Shown one piece after another: positions 24,821 to 36,524 of a DNA stretch of 60,000 nt. Numbering within the stretch: position 1 is the first letter of the stretch; each line of letters begins with the position of its first letter. The translations under genes and the position numbers were made by a program. The DNA comes from Malacoraja senta (Eukaryota). Location of the stretch: NCBI GenBank assembly GCA_038087875.1, contig CM075989.1, positions 15,192,001 through 15,252,000 on the forward strand. Reading direction: 5' to 3'. The notes beneath the pieces are model-generated. The model worked only from the letters and a program-made list of their open reading frames with translations, did not search any database and was not told the DNA's origin.

Positions 24821-26335
24821 TTCAAAATTCTTTAGATTCTGGAGTAGTTCCTGAGGATTGGAGGGTAGCAAACGTAACCCCACTTTTTAAGAAGGGAGGG
24901 AGAGAGAAAACGGGGAATTACAGACCAGTTAGTCTAACATCGGTAGTGGGGAAACTGCTAGAGTCAGTTATTAAAGATGGGATAGCAGCACATTTGGAAA
25001 GTGGTGAAATCATTGGACAAAGTCAACATGGATTTACGAAAGGTAAATCGTGTCTGACGAATCTTATAGAATTTTTCGAGGATGTAACTAGTAGAGTGGA
25101 TAGGGGAGAACCAGTGGATGTGTTGTATCTGGACTTTCAGAAGGCTTTCGACAAGGTACCACATAAGAGATTAGGATACAAGCTTAAATCACACGGTATT
25201 GGGGGTTCAGTATTGATGTGGATAGAGAACTGGCTGGCAAACAGGAAGCAAAGAGTAGGAGTAAACGGGTCCTTTTCACAATGGCAGGCAGTGACTAGTG
25301 GGGTACCGCAAGGCTCAGTGCTGGGACCCCAGCTATTTACAATTTATATTAATGATCTGGACGAGGGAATTGAAAGCAACATCTCCAAGTTTGCAGATGA
25401 CACTAAGCTGGGGGGCAGTGTTAGCTGTGAGGAGGATGCTAGGAGACTGCAAGGTGACTTGGATAGGCTGGGGGAGTGGGCAAATGTTTGGCAGATGCAG
25501 TATAATGTGGATAAATGTGAGGTTATCCACTTTGGTGGCAAAAACGGGAAGGCAGACTATTATCTAAATGGTGGCCGATTAGGAAATGGGGAGGTGCAGC
25601 GAGACCTGGGTGTCATGGTACACCAGTCATTGAAAGTAGGCATGCAGGTGCAGCAGGCAGTGAAAAAAGCGAATGGTATGTTGGCCTTCATAGCAAGAGG
25701 ATTTGAGTATAGGAGCAGGGAGGTTCTACTGCAGTTGTACAGGGTCTTGGTGAGACCACACCTGGAGTATTGCGTACAGTTTTGGTCTCCAAATCTGAGG
25801 AAGGACATTATAGCCATAGAGGGAGTGCAGAGAAGGTTCACCAGACTGATTCCTGGGATGTCAGGACTTTCATATGAAGAAAGACTGGATAGACTTGGCT
25901 TATACTCGCTAGAATTTAGGAGATTGAGAGGGTATCTTATAGAAACGTACAAAATTCTTATGGGGTTGGACAGGCTAGATGCAGGAAGATTGTTCCCGAT
26001 GTTGGGGAAGTCCAGGACAAGGGGTCACAGCTTAAGGATAAGGGGGAAATCCTTTAAGACCGAGATGAGGAAAAACTTTTTCACACAGAGAGTGGTGAAT
26101 CTCTGGAACTCTCTGCCACAGAGGGTAGTTGACGCCAGTTCATTGGCTATATTTAAGAGGGAGTTAGATGTGGCCCTTGTGGCTAAAGGGATCAGGGGGT
26201 ATGGAGAGAAGGCAGGTACGGGATACTGAGTTGGATGATCAGCCATGATCATATTGAATGGCGGTGCAGGCTCGAAGGGCCGAATGGCCGAATGGCCTAC
26301 TCCTGCACCTATTTTCTATGTATCTATGTATCTAT
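24821..26335 (+). mobile_element. Young 5'-truncated CR1-type LINE (HER1-like) with uninterrupted RT frame 24823-26229
   Basis: PEDWRVANVTPLFKKG, NYRPVSLTS, LDFQKAFDKVPH, SGVPQGSVLGP, KFADD, RPHLEYCVQFWSP; 3' UTR with (CTATGTAT)-type tail. Confidence 0.95.
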
Positions 26336-26589
26336 AATGTACCAAGGTAATCTGGCATCAAATTTCAATAACAAATCCCAAGAAAATCCTCATGGAAACT
26401 GGAAGATCAACCAAAATTTCATTGAATGCTGTCGATTCCTGCTTTCATGTCTTAGTTCTCAGGAAGTAGTTTATCCAACCCAATGTTGGCTTGTTTTACC
26501 TTAGCTTTCCCTTTCAAGTCTCCACCAAGCAAAAATTGTTTTTAAAATGACAACCTTGAAAATAATCAGTAATTTTCTCAGATTCTCAC

Positions 26590-27303
26590 ATCTGGGGGTC
26601 CTTATTCATCAGTCACTGAAAGTAAGCATGCAAGTACAGCAGGCAGTGAAGAAAGTTAATGGCATGTTGGCCGTTATAACAAGAGGAGTTGAGTATAGGA
26701 GCAAAGAGGTCCTTCTGCAGTTGTACAGGGCCCTAGTGAGACCACACCTGGAGTATTGTGTGCAGTTTTGGTCTCCAAATTTGAGGAAGGCATTCTTGCT
26801 ATTGAGGGAGTGCAGCGTAGGTTCACAAGGTTAATTTCCGGGATGGCGGGACTGTCATATGTTGATTGAATGGAGCGGCTGGGCTTGTATACTCTGGAAT
26901 TTAGAAGGATGAGAGGGGATCTTATTGAAACATATAAAATTATGAAGGGATTGGACACGCTAGAGGCAGGAAACATGTTTCCGATGTTTGGGGAATCCAG
27001 AACCAGGGGCCATAGTTTAAGAATAAGGGGTAGGCCATTTTGAACGGAGATGAGCAAAAACTTTTTCACCCAGAGAGTTGTAAAGCTGTGGAATTCTCTG
27101 CCTCAGAAGGCAGTGGAGGACAATTCTCTGGATGATTTCAAGAGAGAGTTAGATAGAGCTCTTAAAAATAGCGGAGTCAGGGGATATGGCGAGAAGGCAG
27201 GAACGTGGCACTGATTGTGGATGATCAGCCATAATCATATTGAATGGTGGTGCTGGCTCGAAGGGCCGAATGGCCTACTCCTGCACCTATTGTCTATTAT
27301 CTA
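26590..27303 (+). mobile_element. CR1-type LINE 3' fragment
   Basis: HQSLKVSMQVQQAVKK..RPHLEYCVQFWSP with later stops; CTATTGTCTATT tail. Confidence 0.9.
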
Positions 27304-27927
27304 TTTTCAAAAATGTTCCATCCTCAATTCAGTTTATGGTTCACTGGCATTCAGAAAACTCCCACACTCTTCCAGAAAACAGAAAAACTTCAACCAGGGA
27401 GGTGAAGAAAAGGCAAAACATACAGTTGAATTGTTTCAGTGATCTGAGGAAATAAAAGTCTGTGACCTATTGCTGCATATTGTTTCTTCACAAATGTCAG
27501 CTTGCCCAACCTCCGCACCAGTCCTTGCCACTAGGCACACTAGCTTTTGGCCTTAAATAAGACACTGGTTGCCTTTTCATTCATTGTAATGACGCATTGT
27601 CTGAGCTCTAGAGGGATTGAAAGAATTACAGAAATTGAAGTAGTGTGCAATAATTTATATCACGTATGATCAAAAATCAAAAACTCTTTATTAAACTGCA
27701 TTTCTAACTTGAAAAAAAGGAAATATATTTTAATTCAATTAAATTCTAAAATGTTTTATCCATTTGGGACGTATGTTGTTGCCAAGCTTTTGATCCCCTC
27801 CCACAAGATGTAAGCCTAGAAACTGGATCCAATAGTACCGACTCTTTACTTGCAAGTTGTGCAGTAAATTATTTAATCCGGGTTACATCACACAAGTGAT
27901 CAGACCTCAATGAAATCAACCTCGTAA

Positions 27928-28760
27928 AAAACAGAAAAAATGATGGAAGTACTTAGTCTGTCAAGCAGCATCTGCGGAAGGAGAGGCCAATTAATGTTTC
28001 AGGTCAGGGATCCTTCCTCATTGGGGGATTGTGTGAAAGCTTTACGGAGCGCCTGCACTCTGTCTGCAGGAGTGGCATGAGCTTCTGGTTGCCTGCCATT
28101 CAGATTTACCATCCCACCCCCACTCAGACCCTATTTTCTGACCCTCCTGCACTGCTTCATTGAGACCCAATGTAAACTTGAGGAACAACACCTAATTTCC
28201 TGCCTGAACATGTTGCAGCCTGCAGGACCTAATAATGAATTTCCCAACTTCAGATATCGAGACTGACAATTTATGCTTTATATTCCTGTACCCCCCCCCC
28301 CCATCCTTATTTTGTCATTTGTATATTCTGGCCTGCTCAGCACATTTCAGTAGGCCAGACTATATCACAACATCACACAGATTTCACATTAGCATCATAT
28401 CACACACACAAAGGAATTTAACCATCCATTCAAATTTGTCTAGGATTTCACTCTATTACCTTTGTTCCACTTATTGCCACCCCCACCTTCCCTGTGCCTT
28501 GGACTTGCTTTCTCTCTTTCTCAGTTCCGATGATGGGTCTTCAACCTGAAATATTAACTAGCTGTGTAAGAAGGAACTGCAGATGCTGGTTTAAACCGAA
28601 GATAGACACAAAATGCTGGAGTAACTCAGCGGGACAGGCAGCATCTCTGGAGAGAAGGAACGGGTGATGTTTCGGGTCGAGACCCTTCTTCAGACATTTC
28701 TCTTTCCACCAATCCTGTTTGACTGGCTGTTCTTCCATCAGTTCTGTGTTTGTTTCAACT
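27928..28760 (+). mobile_element. Older Penelope-like element: inverted terminal repeat, GIY-YIG C-terminal remnant, hammerhead-like core; younger copy nested at ~28565-28695
   Basis: 28040-28255 translates to remnants LLHC..ETQCKLEEQHLISCL..LQPAG; AGTTCCGATGATGGGTCTTCAACCTGAAATATTAACT at 28523-28559; reverse cores at 27991-28020 and 28663-28695. Confidence 0.72.
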
Positions 28761-29587
28761 TCTTCAGAACTGGGGAAAGAGAGGAGAGGAAGCAGTTTTC
28801 AAAACATAGAACAGCACAGCACAGAAACAGGCCTTTTGACCCACCATGTACCTGCCGAATATGCCAAGCTAAATTCATCTTATCTGCCGGCATGCGATCC
28901 ATATCCCGCTGCACCGCATCTGCACAATATATCAATGAATAAATCCATGATCCACTTAGAGAAATGGCTTGCCTGGACTGTTCTTTGTGGTAGGCAGTTT
29001 GTTCTGATATATTTTGTGAAGATATGGTTTATTTCTGGATATGAAGAAGATAACTGGAGTCACTTCCTGACTCCTTCCAATGATGGTCCTAGCGGGTCTA
29101 CAGATGCCCACCCCCTTGCTTTTCATTTCACTGATGAGAACTCGGGTCTCTTTCACGAGATCCTGGGGCACCTTTCCTCTCCGCTGCAGCCTCTCTCTCT
29201 CTTCGAAACAGCTGTACTGTGTGTGGTTGAGGAATGGTTGTGGAAAGCAGCCAGCTTGTGTCCGCTGTCGTGAAGAATGAAGAAGATAACAACGCTTGAT
29301 GTCCCTCTCAGATTGCAGAAAATTACTGAATGCTGCATTCAATTGAGCTGTGGGAACTTGATATGCAGCAATATCTGAATGGTTCCCTGGTTTAACTACA
29401 CATTGTCCATGGTTGGCCCATGATTTAATTGAAATACATTGCCAGGCTGTTGCATTTTGAACTTGCAAACTGTTCAGTTTAGGATGCTTGGAAGGACCTG
29501 TAGCATGTCTCCCAAACTGCAAACAGTACTCCAGGTAAGACTTGAACAAAGTGTTATAAAGTTGGAGCATAACCTCCCTGTACTTAT

Positions 29588-30595
29588 ACGATACGATAGA
29601 ACTTTATTTATCCCAGGAGTGAAATTGATCTGCCAACAGTCATAAAATCACAAGATAAATGAAATTAAAGTGATGAGTGAAAAGGATTGGGGATGTTCAA
29701 AGATTTGGGGAGAGAGGTTGGGGGGGGGGGGGGGGTATGGGAGTCAGTCCACCCCACGACATAAGGGGGAGGAGTTGTAAAGTTTGATAGCCAAAGGGAA
29801 AAATATCTCCTGTGGCGTTCTGTGCTGCATCTTGGTGGAACCAGTCTGTTGCTGAAGGTACTCCTCAGGTTGACTAGTGCGTCATGGAGGGGGTGAGCTG
29901 TATTGTCCAAGATGCTCCACAGTTTAAAAGCATCCTTCCATCCAAGAGCACCTCCCATGAATACAACTCCACCCCCAGGATGGAGCCAGCCTTCCTGATG
30001 AGTTTGTTAATCCTGTTGGCGTCCGCAGCTTTCACCCTGCTGCCCCAGCACACAACAGCGAAGAAGATGGCACTGGCTATCACCGATTGTTAGAACATCT
30101 GCAGCATCCTGCTGCAGACATTGAAGGAGCGTGCTTTCTCAAAATGTACAACCGGCTCTGTCCCTTCTTGTACAGGGCCTCAGCATTCCTGGACCAGTCC
30201 AGTTTACTGTTCAGCTGCACTCCAAGGTATTTGTACTCCTTGGTATACTGCACATCCACACCGTTAATGGGGACAGGGGACAGGGTTGTTCCCCTCCTCT
30301 TAAAGTCCACCACTAACTCTTTAGTCTTGTCAGTGTTGAGCTGCAAGTGATTCAACCCACACCAATCAACAAAGTCGTTGACTACACCTCTGTATTCATC
30401 TTCCCTCCCTTCACTGATGCAGCCCACAATTGCAGAGTCATCCAAAAACGTCTGCAGGTGTAAGGAGGCTGAGTTATATCTGAAGTCCCAGGTGTAGATG
30501 GTGAACGGGAAGGGAAAGAGGATTGTCCCCTGTGGGGCCCCCCGTGTTGCTCACTACCATGCCAGATGCACAGTTCTGTAGCCTGACATATTCTG
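29588..30595 (-). mobile_element. Rex1/Babar-type LINE, 5'-truncated and degenerate, inserted in an old CR1
   Basis: DDSAIVGCI..LQLNTDKTKELVVDF..YKYLG..KKGQSRLY; (ATCGT)n tail. Confidence 0.88.
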
Positions 30596-31031
30596 GTCGT
30601 CAAGTCAGGTCGCTGATGAGCCAGAACACAAATGGAGCCAATGGAATTATATTCAACATCGGACTAATGAAGGCCAACATCCCATACTGTATGCTATCCT
30701 AACCACATTAATTACTCGTGTTGCCATTTTCAAGGGTTGCTCGACTTGTACTCCCTTCTGTTCTTCATTGGTCCCCATTCAAGGTGTATGTCCCAGCTTC
30801 ATTAGCACTCGCAAAATGCATCACTGCATATTTATCTGTATTGAACTCCATCTGCCATTTATCATCCCATTTCACCAACACATCAATAACAATCTGCAGC
30901 TAAATACTACCCTCCACACTATTCACAACTACACCAATCTTCCTGTCATCTGAGCACTTACTGATCATGCCTCCTACATACTATTCATGGAAGTCTATAT
31001 CCCAACTCATCATCTCTTATCCTCTTTAACC

Positions 31032-31962
31032 TATAGCAAATTTGCAAATGACACAAAGCTGGGTGGCAGTGTGAACTGTGAGGAGGATGCTATGAGAATG
31101 CAGGGTGATTTGGACAGGTTGGGGGAGTGGGCAGATGCATGGCAGATGAAGTTTAATGCGGATAAATGTGAGGTTATCCACTTTGGTAGCAAAAACAGGA
31201 AGGCAGATTACTATCTAAATGGCGTCAAGTTGGGAAAAGGGGAAGTACAATGGGATCTGGGTGTCCTTGTACATCAGTCTATGAAAGTAAGCATGCAGGT
31301 ACAGCAGGCAGTGAAGAAAGCGAATGGCATGTTGGCCTTTATAACAAGAGGAATCGAATATAGGAGCAAAGATGTCCTTCTGCAGATGTACAGAGCCCCA
31401 GTGAGACCACACCTGGAGTATTGTGTGCAGTTTTGGTCCCCTAATTTGAGGAAGGACATTCTTGCTATTGAGGGAGTGCAGCGTAGGTTTACAAAGTTAA
31501 TTCCCGGGATGGTGGGACTGTCATATGTTGAGAGAATGGGCTTGTACTCTCTGGAGTTTAGAAGGATAAGAGGAAATCTCATTGAAACATATAAGATTGT
31601 TAAGAGCTTGGACATGCTAGAGGCAGGAAACATGTTCCCGATGTTGGGGGAGTCCAGAACCAGGGGCCACAGTTTAAGAATAAGGAGTAAGCCATTTAGA
31701 ACGGAGACGAGGAAACACTTTTTCTCACAGAGAGTGGTGAGTCTGTGGAATTCTCTGCCTCTGAGGGCGGTGGAGGCCGGTTCTCTGGATGCTTTCAAGA
31801 GAGAGCTAGATAGGGCTCTTAAAAATAGCGGAGTCAGGTGATATGGGGAGAAGGCAGGAACGGGGTACTGATTGGGGATGATCAGCCATGATCACATTGA
31901 ATGGCGGTGCTGGCTCGAAGGGCCATATGGCCTACTCCTGCACCTATTGTCTATTGTCTATA
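31032..31962 (+). mobile_element. CR1-type LINE 3' portion
   Basis: SKFANDTKLGG..RPHLEYCVQFWSP..RTRGHSL; CTATTGTCTATTGTCTA tail. Confidence 0.93.
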
Positions 31963-32024
31963 CAGGCTGCGGAAAAATCAATGCATCTTTGCGGCTGTGC
32001 TGACGAGTGCCGTCTGGTGCTTTT

Positions 32025-32650
32025 GCGGAACAAATTGGAGGAACTGCACCTCAGCACCTCAAATTTCGCTTGGGCAGCTTACAACCCAGCGGTATAAATT
32101 TGATTTCTCTCACTTCAAGTAACCCTTGCTTTCCCTCTCTCTCTCCGTCCCTCCCCCATCCTGGTTCTCCGACTAGTTTAACTGTCCTTCTGATTAATTT
32201 TACTGATTGTAGGCCTCCTTGTCACCTTCCCTTCAGCCAACAATGAACCATACAACATTTCCTCATCATTGACAAAAAAAGGTGGAGTAACTCAGTGTCT
32301 CAAGAGAAAAGGAATAGGTGTCGTTTCGGGTTGAAATGTCATCTGTTACTTTTCTTCAGAGTTGTTGTCTGTCCCGCTAAGTTACTCCAGGATTTTGTGT
32401 TTATCTTTGCTGTAAACTAGCATCTGCAATTCCTTCCTATACATTACCTTAGCATCGTCTGCTTTGATCTGTCGTCTTCGCGCCTCACCCTTCCTTATCT
32501 CCATGTCTCCCTCTCCCCTGACTGTTAGTCTGAAGAAAGGTCTCGACCCGAAACTTCACCCATTCCTTCTCTCCAGAGATGATGCTGCCTGTCCCGCTGA
32601 GTTACTACAGCATTTTGTGTCTGTCTTCGGTGTAAACCAACATCTACAAG
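32025..32650 (+). mobile_element. Penelope-like element 3' end (GIY-YIG tail, 3' UTR, hammerhead-like core 32527-32560) with nested fold-back copy ~32270-32442
   Basis: AAATTGGAGGAACTGCACCTC..TTTCGCTTGGGCAGCTTACAACCCAGCGGT (KLEE.HL..FRLGSLQPSG); AGTCTGAAGAAAGGTCTCGACCCGAAAC. Confidence 0.78.
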
Positions 32651-32712
32651 TGTCCTCTGCCCGGCCTGCAGGCGGTGTCACCTCAGGGACCGGCGGGGGA
32701 GGGCCTGGGCTG

Positions 32713-32934
32713 CAGGCGGTGTCATCACCTCAGGGCCCGGGCTACAGGCGGTGTCATCACCTCAGGGCCCAGGCTACAGGCGGTGTCATCACCTCAGGGC
32801 CCGAGCTACAGGCGGTGTCATCACCTCAGGGCCCGAGCTACAGGCGGTGTCATCACCTCAGGGCCCGAGCTACAGGCGGTGTCATCACCTCAGGGCCCGG
32901 GCTGCAGGCGGTGTCATCACCTCAGGGCCCGAGC
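32713..32934. repeat. 32-bp GC-rich minisatellite, 7 copies plus a partial copy at ~32668
   Basis: CAGGCGGTGTCATCACCTCAGGGCCCGAGCTA at exact 32-bp period. Confidence 0.95.
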
Positions 32935-32940
32935 CTCCAC

Positions 32941-33007
32941 CCCGCCCTCCGCAAACCTCGCGCTGTTTACCAGCTCGTTACCCTGGAAACCGGGCGGCGG
33001 CGACGCC
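32941..33007 (+). promoter_or_regulatory. TEX9 proximal promoter: GC box, forkhead site and RFX X-box in a CpG island
   Basis: CCCGCCC 32941-32947; TGTTTAC 32964-32970; GTTACCCTGGAAAC 32977-32990, 17 bp before GCCATGG. Confidence 0.75.
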
Positions 33008-33037
33008 ATGGAGGGTCGGCGACGGCCGGCGAGCTCG
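33008..33037 (+). CDS. TEX9: TEX9 putative coding exon 1 (MEGRRRPASS)
   Basis: Strong Kozak GCCATGG in CpG island, donor TCG|GTGAGA, phase 0 fits exon 2. Confidence 0.68.
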
Positions 33038-33246
33038 GTGAGAGGCGGCCGGAGGGAGGGAGGGAGGCTTTGCACCGGCAGTGAGGGGCTCGGATTCATT
33101 CTCCAGAAACCGGTTCACTCGCTGATATGTTCTGTTCGTTTACCCGGTCATTGCCGCATAGGGTCTGACCGGAGGAGGGGACTCGGGCTTCATCGCCATT
33201 GAGGCGGTGCCGTTCCCTTCCAAAGGACCAGGCTTGTGAACCACAC

Positions 33247-33345
33247 TGAAGATAGACACAAAATACTGGAGTAACTCAGCGGGTCAGGCAGCATCTCTGG
33301 GGAAAAGTTATAGGTGACGTTTCGGGTCGCGACACTTCTTCATTC
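33247..33345 (-). mobile_element. Penelope-like terminal-repeat fragment
   Basis: GAAGATAGACACAAAATACTGGAGTAACTCAGCGGG...GGTGACGTTTCGGGTCGCGACACTTCTTCA. Confidence 0.7.
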
Positions 33346-34124
33346 TGAGCAAAGATACCTCTGGTATCTTTGATTCTGAGGGTCAGGGGAGAACTACACT
33401 GGTGTTGCAGGGGTTAATGTGCATCTGGACCTACATGTGTTATTGTGTACAGTATTAGGATTTTGTTCATTGCCAGTTATCTGCTGATCATTAAAAAAAT
33501 AATTGTAGTCACAGCAGCTCAGGTTTCAGCAATTCAATAAACACGACAAGCACAGGCTTATACGCACAGAACACATTTGAGATTATTTTCTTCCATAATA
33601 ACGAAACTTTTCTTTCTGGTGAATACTTGTATTTGCTTCATAAGTTTGGGTGGTTAAGTGAGTCCATTATCAAAAACTCATCTTCTATTGAACTCTTTGA
33701 GCAAATGACATGAATTTCATTAAATATATCTCATGATCCCCCTCCCTTAGTATCCTAAACGGTTTATAGTCATTGAGTACTCTTGAAACTTAAACCTGGC
33801 AAAAAATTTGCTCTCCAGCCACTGACCCCATTCCTCTTGTAAGCAATTGTAAGACATTTCAATCAGGTTGTTTGCAACTGTGGTATCATATTCCACTTCC
33901 ATTGAGCTTCACTTCTTTATATATATATATATATATGCCATCACAAAGACAGATAGTTTATTTATACCTGGTTTTGTTCACACCTTGGCTCTTTTGCTGA
34001 AGCCCTCATTCATGCTTTTGTTACCTCAAGACTTATCTATTGCTGTCTTGGCTGTCCTATTTTTACAAAAAGTAAAGGTCATACAAAACTCTTCTGCCTA
34101 CATCTAAATTATCTCTGAATTATA

Positions 34125-34640
34125 GATGCAGCAGGCAATTAGGAAGGCAAGTTATATGCTGGCTATCAATTGAAAAGGATAGGACTCAAAGATTAAATAT
34201 GTTTTCTTACAATTATATAGGGCCTTGGTGAGATTACATTTGGAGTAACATGAACAATTTTGGTTTCCTTGCCTAAAACAAAGTTTGTTTTGGAGGGAGT
34301 TCAGTGAAAATTCACTGGTCTATCATGCAAAGGGAAAGTGAGCAGGTTAGGCCTCTGTATAGTTTAGAAGAATAAGGGGTTGCATAATTGAAACATATAA
34401 ATTCTCAGAGGGCTGGACAGGATAGCTTTGGGGAAAATATTTTCCCTGGGTGTAGAGTCTGGAACTAGGCTTCACAGTCTCTGAATAAAGATGATGGCCA
34501 TTTAGCACTGGTAGGGGGGAAAGGTAGGGGGGAAAGGGTTCTTCACTCAGCGCATGGTGAATCTTTGAAATTTTGCATTTTGAATTGTGGAGGCCTCATT
34601 ACGATTCCATGCAAAACTGTGATAAATAAATTTTAGGGTT
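34125..34640 (+). mobile_element. Old CR1-type LINE fragment
   Basis: Degenerate match to the CR1 copies (GCAGGCAATTAGGAAGGC..AGGGCCTTGGTGAG..ATTGAAACATATAAA). Confidence 0.65.
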
Positions 34641-36120
34641 TTATGAATTGAGCAGGAAATTATTTTGAGGTAAAAGCATCTGACTCACCAGGTGATTGTT
34701 ATCTTATTTTTTAGGTCTTTTGATCACCCCTGCACTTGCAGGTCTACATTATTTCCCCATAAATTAAACATATAAAATATATAACTATGCAAATTGATAT
34801 AAAATCCTAATCTTGTTAGTCTTATCTTGTTATCTTCAGCTTCAACATTCCCTCTAATTTCCCAGTCAGTAACCTTAAGGTATCTGTAGTTCTCCAATTC
34901 TCTCCTCTTGATCAACCCTGATCAATCCTGTTGGAAGCTGAGCCTTGAGTTGCCAAGCCTTACACCCTGGAATTTTCTCCCTAAATCTCTTTGCTTCTCT
35001 TTTCCACTTTACTTCACCCTTAAAATCCATCATTGACCACGTTTTATTGTTATCTGCCCTAATATCTTCTAATGTAGTTCAGCATAAATTCTCACTTGAT
35101 AATGCAAATGTTTTGTTGCTTTATTACCTTATAGACATTGCACAAATGGAAGTTAGTCACAATTATAACGGAAAAGCCAATGATGAAAGGAGTGGTGGCA
35201 AAAATAGTGATCAATTTATCTGCTTTATTTGTCATTTGTGAGACAAATGTTGGCAAGGATACTCAAAAGGCTCTTCTTCAAAACACCTCATTGGAAAAGT
35301 AGCATTTCAGTAGTGCACCACACTAAATAATGCACATGCAATATTAAAAACAATATCCCTGATACAGTAAAAATCTGATCAAATGCTCTCTGGTTATTCG
35401 GAAATTCCACTGGCTTGGCATCTGACTCACCAGGTGATGTTTGCTGTTCTCCTTGTCCACTTTCCAGGACCCTGTTTCTTGTGCTCCCTGTCCTCTCCAT
35501 GAGGTCCTGATTCCTATGCTTCCTGACCATTTGATGGGGCCTGGGACCAGGTTTCTGCATTCCCCGTTGCTTGCTGTGACCCTGTTTCTTATGTTTTCAG
35601 TCCATTTGCCAAAGTTTAGTTTCCTCATTCTTTGCTCACTCACTGGGGACCCTGTTCCTTTGCTCCATTAAAACATACCTAGTTCTATTTCCCACACTCC
35701 TTTTAAACATACAGTGTTCACTATACGTTATCACGTAACAACTTTTTTTGTGAAGAACTGAATTAAATGTGTTGGAGTATTATTAAAATAACACCTGGTA
35801 TTCCAGAAAATCTGCCGGATAAAGCACCGCCAAAGCCATGAGCTTGCCGGTTTAATGAAGTTTTACTATATGATCATGGACTCTAAGATGAAGTGTATGG
35901 AACTAGGATGTGAGTGGTATTCCATATATCCAGAGAAGTGTTTGTTGTAATAGACCAGAACAAATTGAACCTAACAGCATTTTTGCCAATTGCTTGTCTT
36001 AATATTTTCTTGATTGTTTGATCAATCAATTTCTGCTTTTGCCACTGATACAAAAAAAAGTTATAATATTAACTTTTAAAATAACTTTTCAGTATTGGTT
36101 ATGTGTTCTTTTGAATCTAG

Positions 36121-36215
36121 ACGAAGAAAGCAATGTCTAATAGATCTGGCTCCCTGCCATCAGCTTCAGCAAAGAAAGTTCCTCCAGATTTACTCACTAA
36201 AGAAGAAGAGTACAA
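36121..36215 (+). CDS. TEX9: TEX9 coding exon 2 (TKKAMSNRSGSLPSASAKKVPPDLLTKEEEYK)
   Basis: AG acceptor 36119-36120, GT donor 36216; PDLL..EEEYK matches remembered TEX9. Confidence 0.88.
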
Positions 36216-36299
36216 GTACGTATGTTTTTCTTCATTGGGTTATATTTTAATGTAGTTATTCATTGCCTATTTTTAATAGAACATGTCATATTTAATTAG

Positions 36300-36363
36300 G
36301 AAATTAAATGCAGAATTGGAAGCAAAAACAGCTGAACTGGTGCGGCAAGCTGAAGAAGTTATG
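36300..36363 (+). CDS. TEX9: TEX9 coding exon 3 (KLNAELEAKTAELVRQAEEVM)
   Basis: AG 36298-36299, donor GTGAGT; matches TEX9 RLNAELQAKTA motif; phases consistent. Confidence 0.92.
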
Positions 36364-36524
36364 GTGAGTTCGAGTGAGTTATGAAGTTATTGCATTTTAG
36401 TCATGCTTTAAAATGCTTTAGTAAGGTGGTGCCTCCAAATGCTGACTCATACCATCTACGGGATATTGGAGGTGCTAACTTACATGGCACAAACAGGCAA
36501 TGAAGATATCCAACAAATGAAAAT

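Noticed and set aside
32464..33202. ORFs of 206/175/96 aa with repeating peptides; 32-bp repeat as CRISPR array
   Set aside because: Translation of a minisatellite; repeats are contiguous without spacers
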